DNA from: Octopus sinensis
Lineage: Eukaryota
Length of the DNA: 64,000 nt
Assembly: GCF_006345805.1 (NCBI RefSeq)
Contig: NW_021832533.1
Location: 124,001 to 188,000 of the forward strand
Direction: 5' to 3'
Shown here: positions 47,416-60,286 of the stretch, piece by piece
Position numbering within the stretch: the stretch's first letter is position 1
Layout of the letters: every line of letters starts with the position of its first letter
Notes under the pieces: generated by a model
What the model was told of the DNA's origin: nothing
The model's database searches: none
Seen by the model: the letters and a program-made list of their open reading frames with translations, nothing else
Translations under genes and position numbers: made by a program

Positions 47416-48634
47416 ATGAAATGGACCCAGGCTCCCATGGCCTTCTGCCCTTGAAGACACGTTGTCTTGCAAAATCTCTAATCTTTCAAAATGATCGAGT
47501 TCAAAAGAGACGACCTTCTGTCAAATCTGGATAACATCCTCAGGCTTGGTACGAGCTCGCTATGTAATCTGGCCTTTGACGATCGGGGTTGTCTCAGGCA
47601 TCTCTACCGTGCGCTGGAGCGGCCTGGGCATGAGATCTTATTCCGATCTCGCCCTCCCAGGCTTCCTTTCCGCACGCTCTGCTTTACGTATTCTCTCAGA
47701 CATCGTTCTCAGAAACCTTCCCGAACGCAAATTGTCTGAAGATTACTCTGCTGCCTGTGGTCGGTGGGAAGCTCGGTTTGGCCCGTGTATACCTGATTTC
47801 ACTTCTATCCAGCGCCAATGGGATGAAATCTCCCGTCAGAAAATATACGAAGACCTGATCGCCGTCTCTAATCAACACCGCCTCGCCTGCCTACGCGCAG
47901 GTCGCTGTCAAGGCAGCGGTGCTTGGCTGAAAGGCCCCCCCTCTTCCGAGCATCGGGACACTACTCGACGGCGATTGCCTCAGAGTAGCTATCTCCCTCC
48001 GTCTCGGTTTGAAGATCTGCGAAATTCACAAGTGCCGCTGTGGGGCCATGATCGACCAGTACGGACTACACCCTCTTTCCTGCAGACGCAGTGCTGGGCG
48101 TGCCCCACGCCACGCTGCCCTAAATGACGTTGTCCTGAGGGGCTCAAAGCTGCTGGAATCCCATCAATTCTCGAACCAGTTGGCTTGCTAGGGGAGACGG
48201 AAAGAGGCCTGACGGTCTATCCACCTTCCCATTCGAGTTCGGAAAATCGCTGATATGGGACGCAACTTGCTCGGATACTTTTTCCGAATTAAATCTTCCT
48301 CCTTCAGCTGTCGCAGCTGGCTCTGCTTCTCGCAGAGCAGAAGAATTAAAGAGTTCAAAGTACACCAATCTCTCGGAACGCTATCTGTTTACCCCGATCG
48401 CCGTGGAGACCTCTGGCGTAATCGGTGACAGGTCACTCATTTTCCTCAAAAAGCTGGGTCGTCTGATTTCTCGCAAGAGAAACGACACGCGTGAGTGTGG
48501 ATGGCTCCTTCAGAGGATTTCCCTTGCCATTGTACGTGGAAACTGTTTCTCCATCTACGAGGCGGGGAAGTCCTCTTGTTAACTCTCTTTTCTCTCTGTT
48601 TTCTTTTAAGAAATAAAAACATTTAAAAATAAAA
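47416..48634 (+). mobile_element. 5'-truncated degenerate CRE element, 11-bp TSD
   Basis: DLLSNLDNILR, GLGMRSYSDLALPGFLS, HKCRCG, DGKRPDG, PIAVETSG, WLLQRISLAIVRGN. aaaatacttaa at 47405-47415 and 48635-48645. Confidence 0.88.
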
Positions 48635-48672
48635 AAAATACTTAATTGGCTGTTGTGGTGCAAAACACGTGT

Positions 48673-49020
48673 ATGCCTAAAATATGTTTAAGTGAAAATG
48701 CAAGGGCACTGCTAGCCAGCAGAATGAGTCACTTTTTGGAGAAAGAACGAAGCTACAAAGGATCCCGTGTGACCCTCAACAACTACCTACTCCCCACAGC
48801 CAAAAGACCTAAGCCATTTCCCTACATTCCCTATGTGATGCGACTGATGGAATCGTGGAAGCAGAACGGGGTGGAGAGCAGGGCATCTGATGACCTGATA
48901 AGGGATTTGAGGGACTACTACCGTTCATACGTATTGAGACGTGTCAAGTATATTAGAGAGACACTCTCCAGGCCAATAAAGCCCAAAAACCAACAACAGA
49001 CTTCACCACTAACCAAATAA
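48673..49020 (+). CDS. Unknown small protein (~115 aa)
   Basis: Uninterrupted ATG ORF MPKICLSENARALLASRM..., GC-richer than flanks; no motif recognised. Confidence 0.45.
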   Translation: MPKICLSENARALLASRMSHFLEKERSYKGSRVTLNNYLLPTAKRPKPFPYIPYVMRLMESWKQNGVESRASDDLIRDLRDYYRSYVLRRVKYIRETLSRPIKPKNQQQTSPLTK

Positions 49021-49319
49021 ACGTGGCTATGCAAAAATTGGATCCTTTGGCTACACGAAAGAGGAATACAATTCGGGGAAAAATATTGACATATCGTTTG
49101 AGATAAAATTTGACAATGGTTTAATAGTATTAAATATATCAAAGTCTATAAATAACCTATTAATGTTAATAATATACATTTAATTAAGAGCTTCCGGTAG
49201 TCAAGCTGAGATAAGTACACTAGACAAGTCTCAGCGTGTTACTATTGATTAAGTCTGAAAATAAACAATCATAATTTATTGTCCAGGAAATATATAGAAA
49301 ATGAAAACAAATATTAAAA

Positions 49320-50214
49320 TTATCTGAAATAATTGAAATGCTCATTCTGCAAGTCGAATGAACTTCTAGGTGAATCAAAGGGTGAGTAAAAATTGAAGGA
49401 ATCAGAATAAAGAGAAGGATTGACTGGGCAGTCGAATGACCTGTGTGTCCGATAGACACTTTTCCAATTAGGAGGATGGTCCCAATACTGGCTAAAGTGA
49501 CTGCTCTGTTGGATGAAAGAAGGGAAGTGAGGGAGACAGTCTGCCTCACTGTATATAACATCCGGCAAAGGATCGTCCTGAACGTGATCGTTCTCGATGG
49601 TTTCAATCTCCGACAATGTGAGGAGAATTGAGTCGATTTCGTTATCGTCCAACACCCCAGTCCTGATTCGGACATGTGTTTTGATTTCGTCATAAGCAGA
49701 GGTCACATCCTCCGCAATTCCGGTGATTTCAAAAACGGGTTCCTTGTCCCGACTGGGAGTGACAATGTAAGTGTTGGTGTCCTGCTGAATACGTTTTATT
49801 GTCATTCCTCTCTGCCCCACAATCAGTCCCACCACTTTGTAGGGCACTCTCACGTACCCCACGACCTGTCCTTCACCACTCGTCTGCTTGTTCGACCGAA
49901 TGTTGGAAAAGTGGTTGGCCGCACTTTCTATTTCACTCGCCGCCAGTTCGACATCCTCACTCTGCCCTGTCACGTAGAAGACTGGGTCAGACCCTCTCAC
50001 TGGTGTCTTTATATATGTGTTTGTGTTGGCTCGAATTGCTTTTATTTTACAACCTATTGCTCATTATATTCCAATCACCTTGTCTTCCTACTATTTCAGC
50101 CACATGCTCTGAACTGGGCACTTTGACGGACTTGGTCACATTCGACCCCTGTTTCCTCTCACTCAGAACATGGTGAGGGGACATGTCATCTCTCATACAA
50201 GACTGGGACAGCAT
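49320..50214 (-). CDS. MEX3: MEX3-family KH-domain RNA-binding protein
   Basis: [15 protein letters not shown]|[20 protein letters not shown] and [45 protein letters not shown]; one 25-nt intron. Confidence 0.92.
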
Positions 50215-51605
50215 TTCTCTCAGATAAACCACAACGTGGGCAAATAACCAATCTAATAAGCTGCCAGCGTCAACGAACTATAAAATATCGCATCGATTGA
50301 CGGTGTCTACGTTGGTCGGTCACACGTCACCTCCCCTCCACAACTCCCTCACTCCCCTCAAACTGGGAGAACAAGTCACAACTCTGAATTGATTATTTCT
50401 CTATCACATTCTTAATATTCAAGCGAGTAATGCACTGTCAAATATGTCCAATAATAAGTGGGGGATTAACATCCTTCAGATTTCATTAGAGGATATATTT
50501 TTATGAATTATAATGTTATTCCCTGTCTGACCTATATTAATAGTTTATCTTAATTGGCCATAAAAACACAACTGAGCAATCCGTGATATTATAATAGTCG
50601 ACATTCTAATGAGTTTCCAATCGATAATTCATTATTCAGAACTATATTGAGCGATAATGTCCATAAACAATTATTTGTCTGAGTAAGCCATTTCATTGAC
50701 ATTTTCAATGGAACTTCACTTGACAGAAAATACGATTAATTTTATGCCCTTCATTGTACTTTCACTAAAATATATGCTTAAGAATCCTTTACGAATGTGG
50801 GGAACCTCAACATTGTAGTGAGAGAATAATCTTTTTTCAAGGTAAAGTACTCACCACAGGACACGTCAATGCCAAATTTAATCTTTGCCTGAACAGTGAC
50901 CACATAAATGTCCTCAATCACCCCAAACCAATAGCGACCACAAAACTACTCTTCAAAGGTACCAAATGTGGTCCTTTTTGATATCTACGAATAGATTGGT
51001 TATCATTAAATCAATTGACTTTAAACCAATTTTATGATCCTAAAGACCGGCTAGACCATATTCAAATCTCACTTAATATTCTTTTACATATTTCACATCA
51101 TCTATTAGTATAGCTAATGAATGATTTAATATTCGACATAATTCAGTAATGGAGATTACTTGTATGAATATGTGGAGTAATAAATGCTTAGAATGTCGAA
51201 TATGAAATGAATTATTGAAAATATTTCATCATCACTGTTTCATTAAACGTGCCGGAAATATTGCACATAATTTAAATGTTAAAATTAAATTTTGTAAATC
51301 TAGAACTGTTGGTTTTCGATACTAATGCAAGATTATTAGTTAGATTAAAAACAAAGCTGCTTAAATTGAACTTGTCTGAACACGAGTATTAATTTCTTGA
51401 AACATCAAATAGGTAAACGTGTATAAAAAACGCATCTAAGATTTCAAATTCTATCAACAACCTTGTTAGAGATGTCTCTCAGTGAAGTCTTTTCCATCTT
51501 ATAATTAAACGGATTAATATTCTTAAAAAGAGCAATTGGCAGTAGTCATCTGAGTATTTATAAAAGGAACGCTTTGTTTTGAAAAAATATTAAAAATACA
51601 AATAT

Positions 51606-52735
51606 TCTTTTTTTTGATTCAATTGTTTATTAATTTTTAGATGGAAATAAACAAAACAAAAAACAATCAGAGACTACCCGCAGAGAGAATTGAGAAACAG
51701 TCCCTCTGAAAACGGCTATTGAGACACGCTCAAAGAGCCGGTTGAGCTCGCGGGGGTCGTTTCTAATTCTTCCGAGGTGGCGGCCTCTCCCGGTGAGGAA
51801 ACTAAGAGTTGGTCCAAGCGTACCAGACGTTTCGACTGACACTGGTTCAAAAATGAATCTGTCGGCGAGAGATGCGTATTTTCCTTTTTTTCTGTGCCGG
51901 CTTCGATCGAGGACGCAAAAAGCAATGATGACGAAAAAGTGTCAGACCATGACGCAACCCAGACGATTGCTTTACCGCACTTGTACAGAAAGAGCAAAAC
52001 GCAGTCTCGGAGACACTTATAAATGCGCTAGTAATGTCTAGCTTGACTAGGATTCGGGGATGTGAACTCTCGGACACAAAACATCTGGCAACATGAACCG
52101 CTTCCTCACAGCCTGAAGGGATCCCAACTCTAAGCTGTCTCCAGGTAAGAAGCAGCGGACCTGTTGGGCCAATCCCGCTGGAAATGAGACTGCAAAGGTG
52201 AATTGAGCGAAAGCTCTCAATCCATGAACTGCTGCTAGGCGAAAAGGATTTAACAGCGCAGCTGACCGCATCGTTCGTGGAATTCTGAGGGAAGGGCGTG
52301 GATTCGATAGATGGAAATGTCCTGAGGTCTGCAGGTGATGAAGGGTATTTGCTCTTCAAAGTTTTAATTACATGTTTGGTCGATAGAAGTATGCCGCCAT
52401 TGGAAGCCAGGACTCTCATCGCCCTCGATAAGTATTAAGATTGATATTGATTTATAAAAGCCGAGATGTTGTTTTTAACGGCCATGGTGAGAGATCGATC
52501 TGATTTCAGGTGGTCGACACTGAAAGCAAGTGCCAACAGGGGAAAAAGGAAAATTCGGACCCAAGCAAATTTGGATGAAGATAAAAGGATATCATTTATT
52601 AGAGAGGCTAAAGATTCGGAAGCCAGCGGCCGAGCGGCCTTAGGGATTTTCCCGAGCACGAAGCGGCTGCGTATGAATGGATAAATTGAAAAGTATAAAA
52701 GAGAAGAAAAATAGGATGGATGAAAAGACAATTAC
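51606..52735 (-). mobile_element. Internally deleted CRE element
   Basis: GKIPKAARPLAS, LKSKYP, KLDITSAF, ETSGTLG, LFERVSIAVFRG; short A-tail near 51606-51615. Confidence 0.8.
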
Positions 52736-53397
52736 AATTACAAAGAATCAAGAATCCAAAGGCACTACAACAAGAAAGATCAACCACGTTGAAAAAAATT
52801 GCAAATAGGATTAAGTAGTTTGATTTTGGCTATCTCGTCCATTTGTTTTATAATATGGCTTGTTGCTTTTTCAAACCGAGAAAAAAATCGTTATCTGGGA
52901 ATCCGGATATATGACACTGCAAATAGTGCATGGGCAGTCCTGTAATCAAGTGGTTGATATTTAAAATTTCGAAGTACTTTTTGATAACTTATTTGTGGGT
53001 TCGCTCTGTACAGTCCTAATTGTGACAGCGAAACATACCGAATCACTGCATAAAAATGTGTGTTCCTTCCTTTATGGATAAGCTATAATTCTTGGAGATC
53101 CTGAAACAACTCCAGTTCATGTCACTACATCGAAATTATCTTTCACTTTGAATCTTGCATGCTTACTACGAGATATAAATATTTCAATTAATAGTTGTGC
53201 ATTTTTTGATTCTCTTTGTAAACAAATGAATTCAAAGATAAAGTGACAATTCTGTTACTGGCTATATGACTAACAAATTTGAATAATACGGAATAACCCT
53301 GAATTTTATGAGTCATTTTTGATAAATTTTTAACTGTAGTATTACAAAGATCGGACAATCATGGAATGTTTAAGTTGGCTATTTTAAATTAATAGTA

Positions 53398-53698
53398 CAG
53401 TCAACCCTCGTTAATCCGAAAAATTAAAATCGACTTTCCCTTCGGATTATGAAGGAATTTTTTTTAATAATAAACAAAATTAATCCGAAATTATATTACT
53501 CCTTGCGTTCGGATTGCGGATTATTGAATTTTCGGAGCATTAAATCAAATTTTGCGAGAAAAAGTTAGAAAATTTATAATTTCAATTAAAAAATTCAGTT
53601 TTCGGATTATTAAGGTTCGGATTAACGAGGGTTGACTTTAATTGAAATTCCTTGTTTTCGACAAATATGAAGCTATTAAGATAAACGAGGGTTGACTG
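53398..53698. mobile_element. Tc1/pogo-type MITE, TA TSD
   Basis: TA|CAGTCAACCCTCGTT ... AACGAGGGTTGACTG|TA, with an extra internal right-end copy at ~53616-53637. Confidence 0.85.
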
Positions 53699-54060
53699 TA
53701 GCACTAAAGAAACTTACGGGGAGAATTTACCTTAATCACCCAACCTAGTTAGCTTAAATTTCTTTTCTGGAGTCTTGGAATTAATAATAGTTCGTCTAAT
53801 CCTGATGTTTTAGAATTCTCATAAAATAAATAATATTGCATTCAGACTAAAAAGCATAAATTTTGAATCATTAAGTAAATGCTGGTTCGCCAGATCTGAT
53901 ATTTTGGTAAACTTTTGAATAATACCTGAAAATGATCACAAAAAAATATTCTAAAAATCTGATAAATTTTTTAAATACGACTTGGATTGTTTTGTAATCT
54001 TTGCAAAAATTCTGTTACAAAAAAGTGCAACCATCATCTTGCAGTCAATATAACCAAATA

Positions 54061-55262
54061 CAGTCGGACCTCGGTTTAAGCCACTTGGTGGCTCATAAAC
54101 CGAGGTTGTATCATAAACCGAGGTTCGCTAATAATCCTAATTAACAGTACTTTAAGTAAAAAATAGTTCAAAAGAAACACATAGAAACAGTTCATAAGTT
54201 ATACTTTTTTAAATAATGCGTAATCTTTTCTCCAAAACGATTTTTATCCCGTAAATTAATCATTATTTTTTTCCTTAGGGCGTAGAAATCATTTAATAAT
54301 TCTGGAGAAAGTTTGCATATATTTTCCTCCATATTATTAACAAGAGTCAGTGGATCTATGATGTCTGTTGATTCAGGCCCATTATAAAAATTTATTTCGC
54401 TTTCAAGCAATTCTTCGACAAAGACTTCGTTCACCATTTCTGTCACGTCCGTATGAATCTTCGAATTGATATTTATTGTTTCCTCCCATCTACACTCAAA
54501 AATTTTTTTCCAACAATTTTGAATTTGATTTGAAGTTACATTGGCTCAGGCTTCAGAAATTAGTTGCATCATATTCCGTAAATTGAGACTTTTGATTGCT
54601 TCCAAAAAATTGCTTCTATTATCACAAATGCATACGAATTCGATATGTAAATTACTGTAATTTGTCTTCAGTGCTTTAATTATGCCCATATCCAATAGCT
54701 GAACTAACGATGTAGTGTTTTTAGGTAAATATAAAAATTCAATGTTTGAATAATCGGATAGTCTATGAGAACTAGCATTATCCAACAACATTAATATTTT
54801 TCGGTTTTCAGAAAGGGAAATCATTATCAAGAAAAGGGAAATCTTTTTTTATACGTGAAAATGTAGCCCTGCTAACTTTGAAAATTTCCGCAATTCTGCG
54901 CTCTGAAAGCTGGTTCCGTTTAATATATTGGGCTATTTCGAGTTTTTTTTCGTGATCAATTTTCATTTTAGGCATCTAGAAAACATAGAACAGTGGAAAA
55001 TACTTCAACAAAGATAACAACGTGACAAGAAAAAAATTCTTTAAAATAAACGATAAAATATATAAAATAAAAATAATTATATTACAAAATATTTAGTTTA
55101 TAGAAATTTTTAGATGGCTCATAACGAGGTCTATTTTTAATTGATTTTTACAAACCCCTTAGGAAAAAAGCAGTTTCAAAAAACGTGGCTCAAAAATAGA
55201 GTTTGTATCATAAAGCGAGTATGGATCATACCCGAGGTCTGGCTCATAACGAGGTCCGACTG
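54061..55262 (-). mobile_element. pogo/Tigger-like DNA transposon, internally deleted
   Basis: TA|CAGTCGGACCTCG ... CGAGGTCCGACTG|TA. DDE_1 remnant LLDNASSH..YLPKNTTSLVQLLDMGII. Subterminal cataaaccgagg repeats. Confidence 0.9.
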
Positions 55263-56321
55263 TATTTTGAAAATAGTGATTTTGTGAACAAAAAAAGAAC
55301 AAAGCTTAAAAAAGACTTCAAATTGAAGATCTTTGACAAAACGATATTAAGGCTTAGAAAAGATATAAAAACCTCAAACCAAGACTATTAATTCAAAAAT
55401 AAATTGATAACAAAAAAAACTTAATAAAAATGTTTTGAAAATCCATGTCGTTTCTATAAGCAATCCAAACTTGAATTGTATGACTAAAACAAGCGTTTCC
55501 CAAAGTGGGTGATGCGGGAAAGTATTAGGGATGACGCGAAAAATTCGAAAAATTATGTTATTATTTAAGAAAATTTATTTTATTTAAACAAAAAAAATAG
55601 ATTCCTAAGAAATAACATGCCGTGTCGACATTATAACGTTTTAGTTATTTTTTAGCATTTTTGTAGATTTTTTATATCTGAATTAATTAATAAAAAAACT
55701 TTTAATCGAAATAACTCTTAAGACGAAGGTATAAAAAATTACAATTAACAATAAAGAAACGAAAATACTCGCACGAATATCTGTTATATGGATTTGCAAA
55801 ATGAAGTGAACAGTTTTTATCGAAAGCCGAATGTATGTTTTGTCACAAAATATTTTGCAATGCTTCTCTTGTTCCTTCTAAACTTTTATGTCACTTAAAT
55901 TCTTATTATCCTTGATAAAAAGATGGCCAATTTTTTGATATAAAATGGCCACTTTTACATGTTCTAAGAAGATAATGATAGACATAGTGAAAAGTCCTGC
56001 TTATGAAGCAACTGAGGCCTCTTTCGAAGTAATGACACTTCTTTTATGACTGAGGTTAGCTATTTAATTGCTATAATGGGTGAAGCCCATTTGATTGGCC
56101 AAACATGATTATTTTCACGATGTCGGTACGAATAGTGTCGAATCCAATTTAGGAACTTCAACTAAGCAAAATATATGTCATAAAATTTTTATATCTTACA
56201 TGGACACATGATATTACTACTGGCAGGTAGCTGCTCTGTCATTTGTGAGTCATCCAGGTAAATTCTAATCAAAAGAAAATACTATTTCGTTTTGAAGACA
56301 ACCTGTCCAATTTATTCAATA

Positions 56322-59300
56322 CTAGCTCAGCAGTTCGCTTCGCTCACTGCGAGCTAGCTCCTGCGGAGGCCCTGCTCGCTACGCTCGCAGTTTCCTTAAA
56401 TAACTATAAATTTATGTAGATATATAAATGCGACCTGCTTTGATATAACCTTATTCTAAGGCCTGTGGATAAACGATGTTTGCAGTCCGTCCATCCTTGG
56501 CAAATATAAATAAATTTCTCTTCTACCTACCCTTGAGCACCCCACATACAGCTGGCCATGTGAAAAGCACTCGTTCTCTAAAAATAAGCCTACTACCTTT
56601 AAAGACTGTCCCTGGGCCTTGTTTATTGTCATAGCAAAACTTATCTTCAGCGGAAATTGTAGTCTCTTAAATCTATCGCAGGCCCTTTCATGGTCCATAA
56701 TAACGTCGACCGATTTATATATTCTTTCTCTGCCAGGGATTTTCATTAATAAATCTAAATTTATATTAAGTACCTCATCATTAAGTGGAGCTAATATAGC
56801 TCGTTCACGCAGCCAGTCGAAATTCACGTAGTGTTCAGATAGTTCGGAATAGACGGCATTCAATAATTCTTCTGCTGTTTCTACGAAAATACATAATTCT
56901 TCCGGTAGCCTAATTTTCTGGTCGTGCATTTCTGAAGTGATTGCCCCATTTCCAATATCTAGAAGGATTTGTGGGAATATGCTATTAACGCCTTGTAAAT
57001 GTGCATGTACATTTACATCTAAGCTTACCTTTTTCACGTGTGTCCACAAATATGACGATTTGAGGCAGGCATTCAATTCATCCGCAGGCGTCCCTCTTTG
57101 AATAATTGGCAGCGTCTGTCTAAAATCACCTGCCAATACAACTAATGCTCCCCCAAACAAATGGTCGCTACAATTCTTGATATCTCTATATGTTCGGTCA
57201 ACTGCTTGAATGCGCCTTTATGAGCCATCGTACATTCATCCCAAACAATTAACCTAGAATGCATAATTCTATTACCCGTAGTTGAGTCTAACAGCAGTCC
57301 TGACCTTGTTCAGCTGTTGTCTAAGTTCCCTCACCATTTAAGCACATCTTCCCTCGTTTCTCTTTTTTTGTTATATGGTTCATATTCTCTTGTTTGTTAA
57401 CATTCTCAGATCTCTCTTTATAGGACATTCTTATGATTTTGTAAACGCGAATCAGTAATTTATATTAAATTTTCTACGTAAATTTATTTAGTGAAATTTA
57501 TGTAAAGTGTATTATCCAATCAAAGCCATTATACTTAATTGCCTCTATGTTAAAGGAATTGAAACTTTAGCATAATCGAACTTGTCTGTTTCGGTAAAGA
57601 AAATGATAATCAGCTTCATCTTTGTAGTATTATAAGGAAAAAAATTAAAGCCTGTTAAATCAAGGAGATTTAAATATAGGCAAATTGAAATTTACATGAC
57701 TAATTTAAATTTTATTTGCCTCTATCTTTTAAGAAATCTAAACAGTAGCATAATCGAATTTGTCAGTTTCGGCAGTTAAAAAGAATCAATTATGTAAATC
57801 TCTAATAATTTTTGCTTTTTCCTTTTTAGTGGTTTTCAAAATCTGATAATTGCACAGTCTATTCATGGTCGATAACAATTAGAGCTTTTATTTTATTTTT
57901 TTAACGAAAATTTAACAAAAAAGAATTTATGTCATCGAAAAAAGATAGCTAAGCTAATTAATGGCCTCACGAGGCTTGAAGGTTGTGGAGGACCTCATCA
58001 TGTGAGTCGAGGACTTTCTTGTCGTTCATTTTAACAAAAACGCAGAAAATATTTTTTTTAATTTTTGGGCTTGAAGGTTTTGGGGGACCACATCATGTGA
58101 GTCGAGGACTTTCTGTTGTTCATTTTAACAAAAACGCAGAAAATAATTTTTTTAAATTTTTTAGCTTGAAGGTTTTGAGGGACCACATCATGTGAGTCGA
58201 GGACTTTCTTGTTGTTATTTTAACAAAAACGCAGAAAATTATTTTTTTTATTTTTGGCTTGAAAGTTTTGGGGGACCACATCATGTGAGTCGAGGACTTT
58301 CTTGTTGTTCATTTTAACAAAAACGCAGAAAATAATTTTTTTAATTTTTTACCTTGAAGGTTTTGGGGGACCACATCATGTGAGTCGAGGACTTTCTTGT
58401 TGTTCATTTTAACAAAAACGCAGAAAATAATTTTTTTAATTTTTTACCTTGAAGGTTTTGGGGGACCACATCATGTGAGTCGAGGACTTTCTTGTTGTTC
58501 ATTTTAACAAAAACGCAGAAAATAATTTTTTTAATTTTTTAGCTTGAAGGTTTTGGGGGACCACATCATGTGAGTCGAGGACTTTCTTGTTGTTCATTTT
58601 AACAAAAACGCAGAAAATAATTTTTTTTAATTTTTTGGCTTGAAGGTTTTGGGGGACCACATCATGTGAGTCGAGGACTTTCTTGTGTTCATTTTAACAA
58701 AAACGCAGAAAATAATTTTTTTAATTTTTTAGCTTGAAGGTTTTGGGGGACCACATCATGTGAGTCGAGGACTTTCTTGTTGTTCATTATAACAAAAACG
58801 CAGAAAATAATTTTTTTTAATTTTTTGCTTGAAGGTTTTGGGGGACCACATCATGTGAGTCGAGGACTTTCTTGTTGTTCATTATAACAAAAACGCAGAA
58901 AATAATTTTTTTTAATTTTTTGGCTTGAAGGTTTTGGGGGACCACATCATGTGAGTCGAGGACTTTCTTGTTGTTCATTTTAACAAAAACGCAGAAAAAT
59001 TTTTTTTTTTATTTTTTAGCTTGAAGGTTTTGGGGGACCACATCATGTGAGTCGAGGACTTTCTTGTTGTTCATTTTAACAAAAACGCAGAAAATAATTT
59101 TTTTTAATTTTTTGGCTTGAAGGTTTTGGGGGACCACATCATGTGAGTCGAGGACTTTCTTGTTGTTCATTTTAACAAAAACGCAGAAAATAATTTTTTT
59201 TAATTTTTTGGCTTGAAGGTTTTGGGGGACCACATCATGTGAGTCGAGGACTTTCTTGTTGTTCATTTTAACAAAAACGCAGAAAATAATTTTTTTAATT

Positions 59301-60286
59301 TTTTAGCTTGAAGGTTTTGGGGGACCACATCATGTGAGTCGAGGACTTTCTTGTTGTTCATTTTAAAAAAAACGCAGAAAATAATTTTTTTAATTTTTTA
59401 GCTTGAAGGTTTTGGGGGACCACATCATGTGAGTCGAGGACTTTCTTGTTGTTCATTTTAACAAAAACGCAGAAAATAATTTTTTTTAATTTTTTAGCTT
59501 AAGGTTTTGGGGGACCACATCATGTGAGTCGAGGACTTTCTTGTTGTTCATTTTTACAAAAACGCAGAAAATAATTTTTTTTAATTTTTTGGCTTGAAGG
59601 TTTGGGGGACCACATCATGTGAGTCGAGGACTTTCTTGTTGTTCATTTTAACAAAAACGCAGAAATATAATTTTAAATTTTTTAGCTTGAAGGTTTTGGG
59701 GGACCACATCATGTGAGTCGAGGACTTTCTTGTTGTTCATTTTAACAAAAACGCAGAAAATAATTTTTTTTAATTTTTTGGCTTGAAGGTTTTGGGGGAC
59801 CACATCTTGTGAGTCGAGGACTTTCTTGTTGTTCATTTTAACAAAAACGCAGAAAATAATTTTTTAATTTTTTTGGCTTGAAGGTTTGGGGGACCACATC
59901 ATGTGAGTCGAGGACTTCTTGTTGTTCATTTTAACAAAAACGCAGAAAATAATTTTTTTAATTTTTTGGCTTGAAGGTTTTGGGGGACCACATCATGTGA
60001 GTCGAGGACTTTCTTGTTGTTCATTTTAACAAAAACGCAGAAAATTGACTTGAAGGTTTTGGGGGACCTCATCATCGAGGATATTCTTTCTTATTAAAAT
60101 TTTTTGACAGGAAGGTTCTTAGAGGATATCAACCTTTTATTGTGCCTCATTATCGAATAACTACAAAAGGGAAGGTTTTGACAATTTGATCTGGTTTGTA
60201 ACAATTTGAATGTGGGTGTGCACAGACAGACAGACAGACACACAGACAGACAGACAGACACACACCATACCATTTTATTATTAAGA
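56322..60286 (-). mobile_element. Non-autonomous Helitron, tandem unit 1 (3965 bp)
   Basis: 5' TC at 60286, 3' CTAG at 56322. Helicase remnant [29 protein letters not shown]. Contains the satellite array. Confidence 0.93.
57974..60075. repeat. ~95-bp satellite array, ~22 monomers
   Basis: Monomer gcttgaaggttttgggggaccacatcatgtgagtcgaggactttcttgttgttcattttaacaaaaacgcagaaaataatttttttaattttt; measured periods 93-95 bp. Confidence 0.96.

Noticed and set aside
46620-47420. Spliced-leader or snRNA gene as the CRE target
   Set aside because: The reconstructed empty site does not resemble any SL or snRNA sequence I know.
59009-59836. ORFs MNNKKVLDSHDVVPQNLQAKK repeated
   Set aside because: Translations of satellite monomers that happen to be 96 bp.
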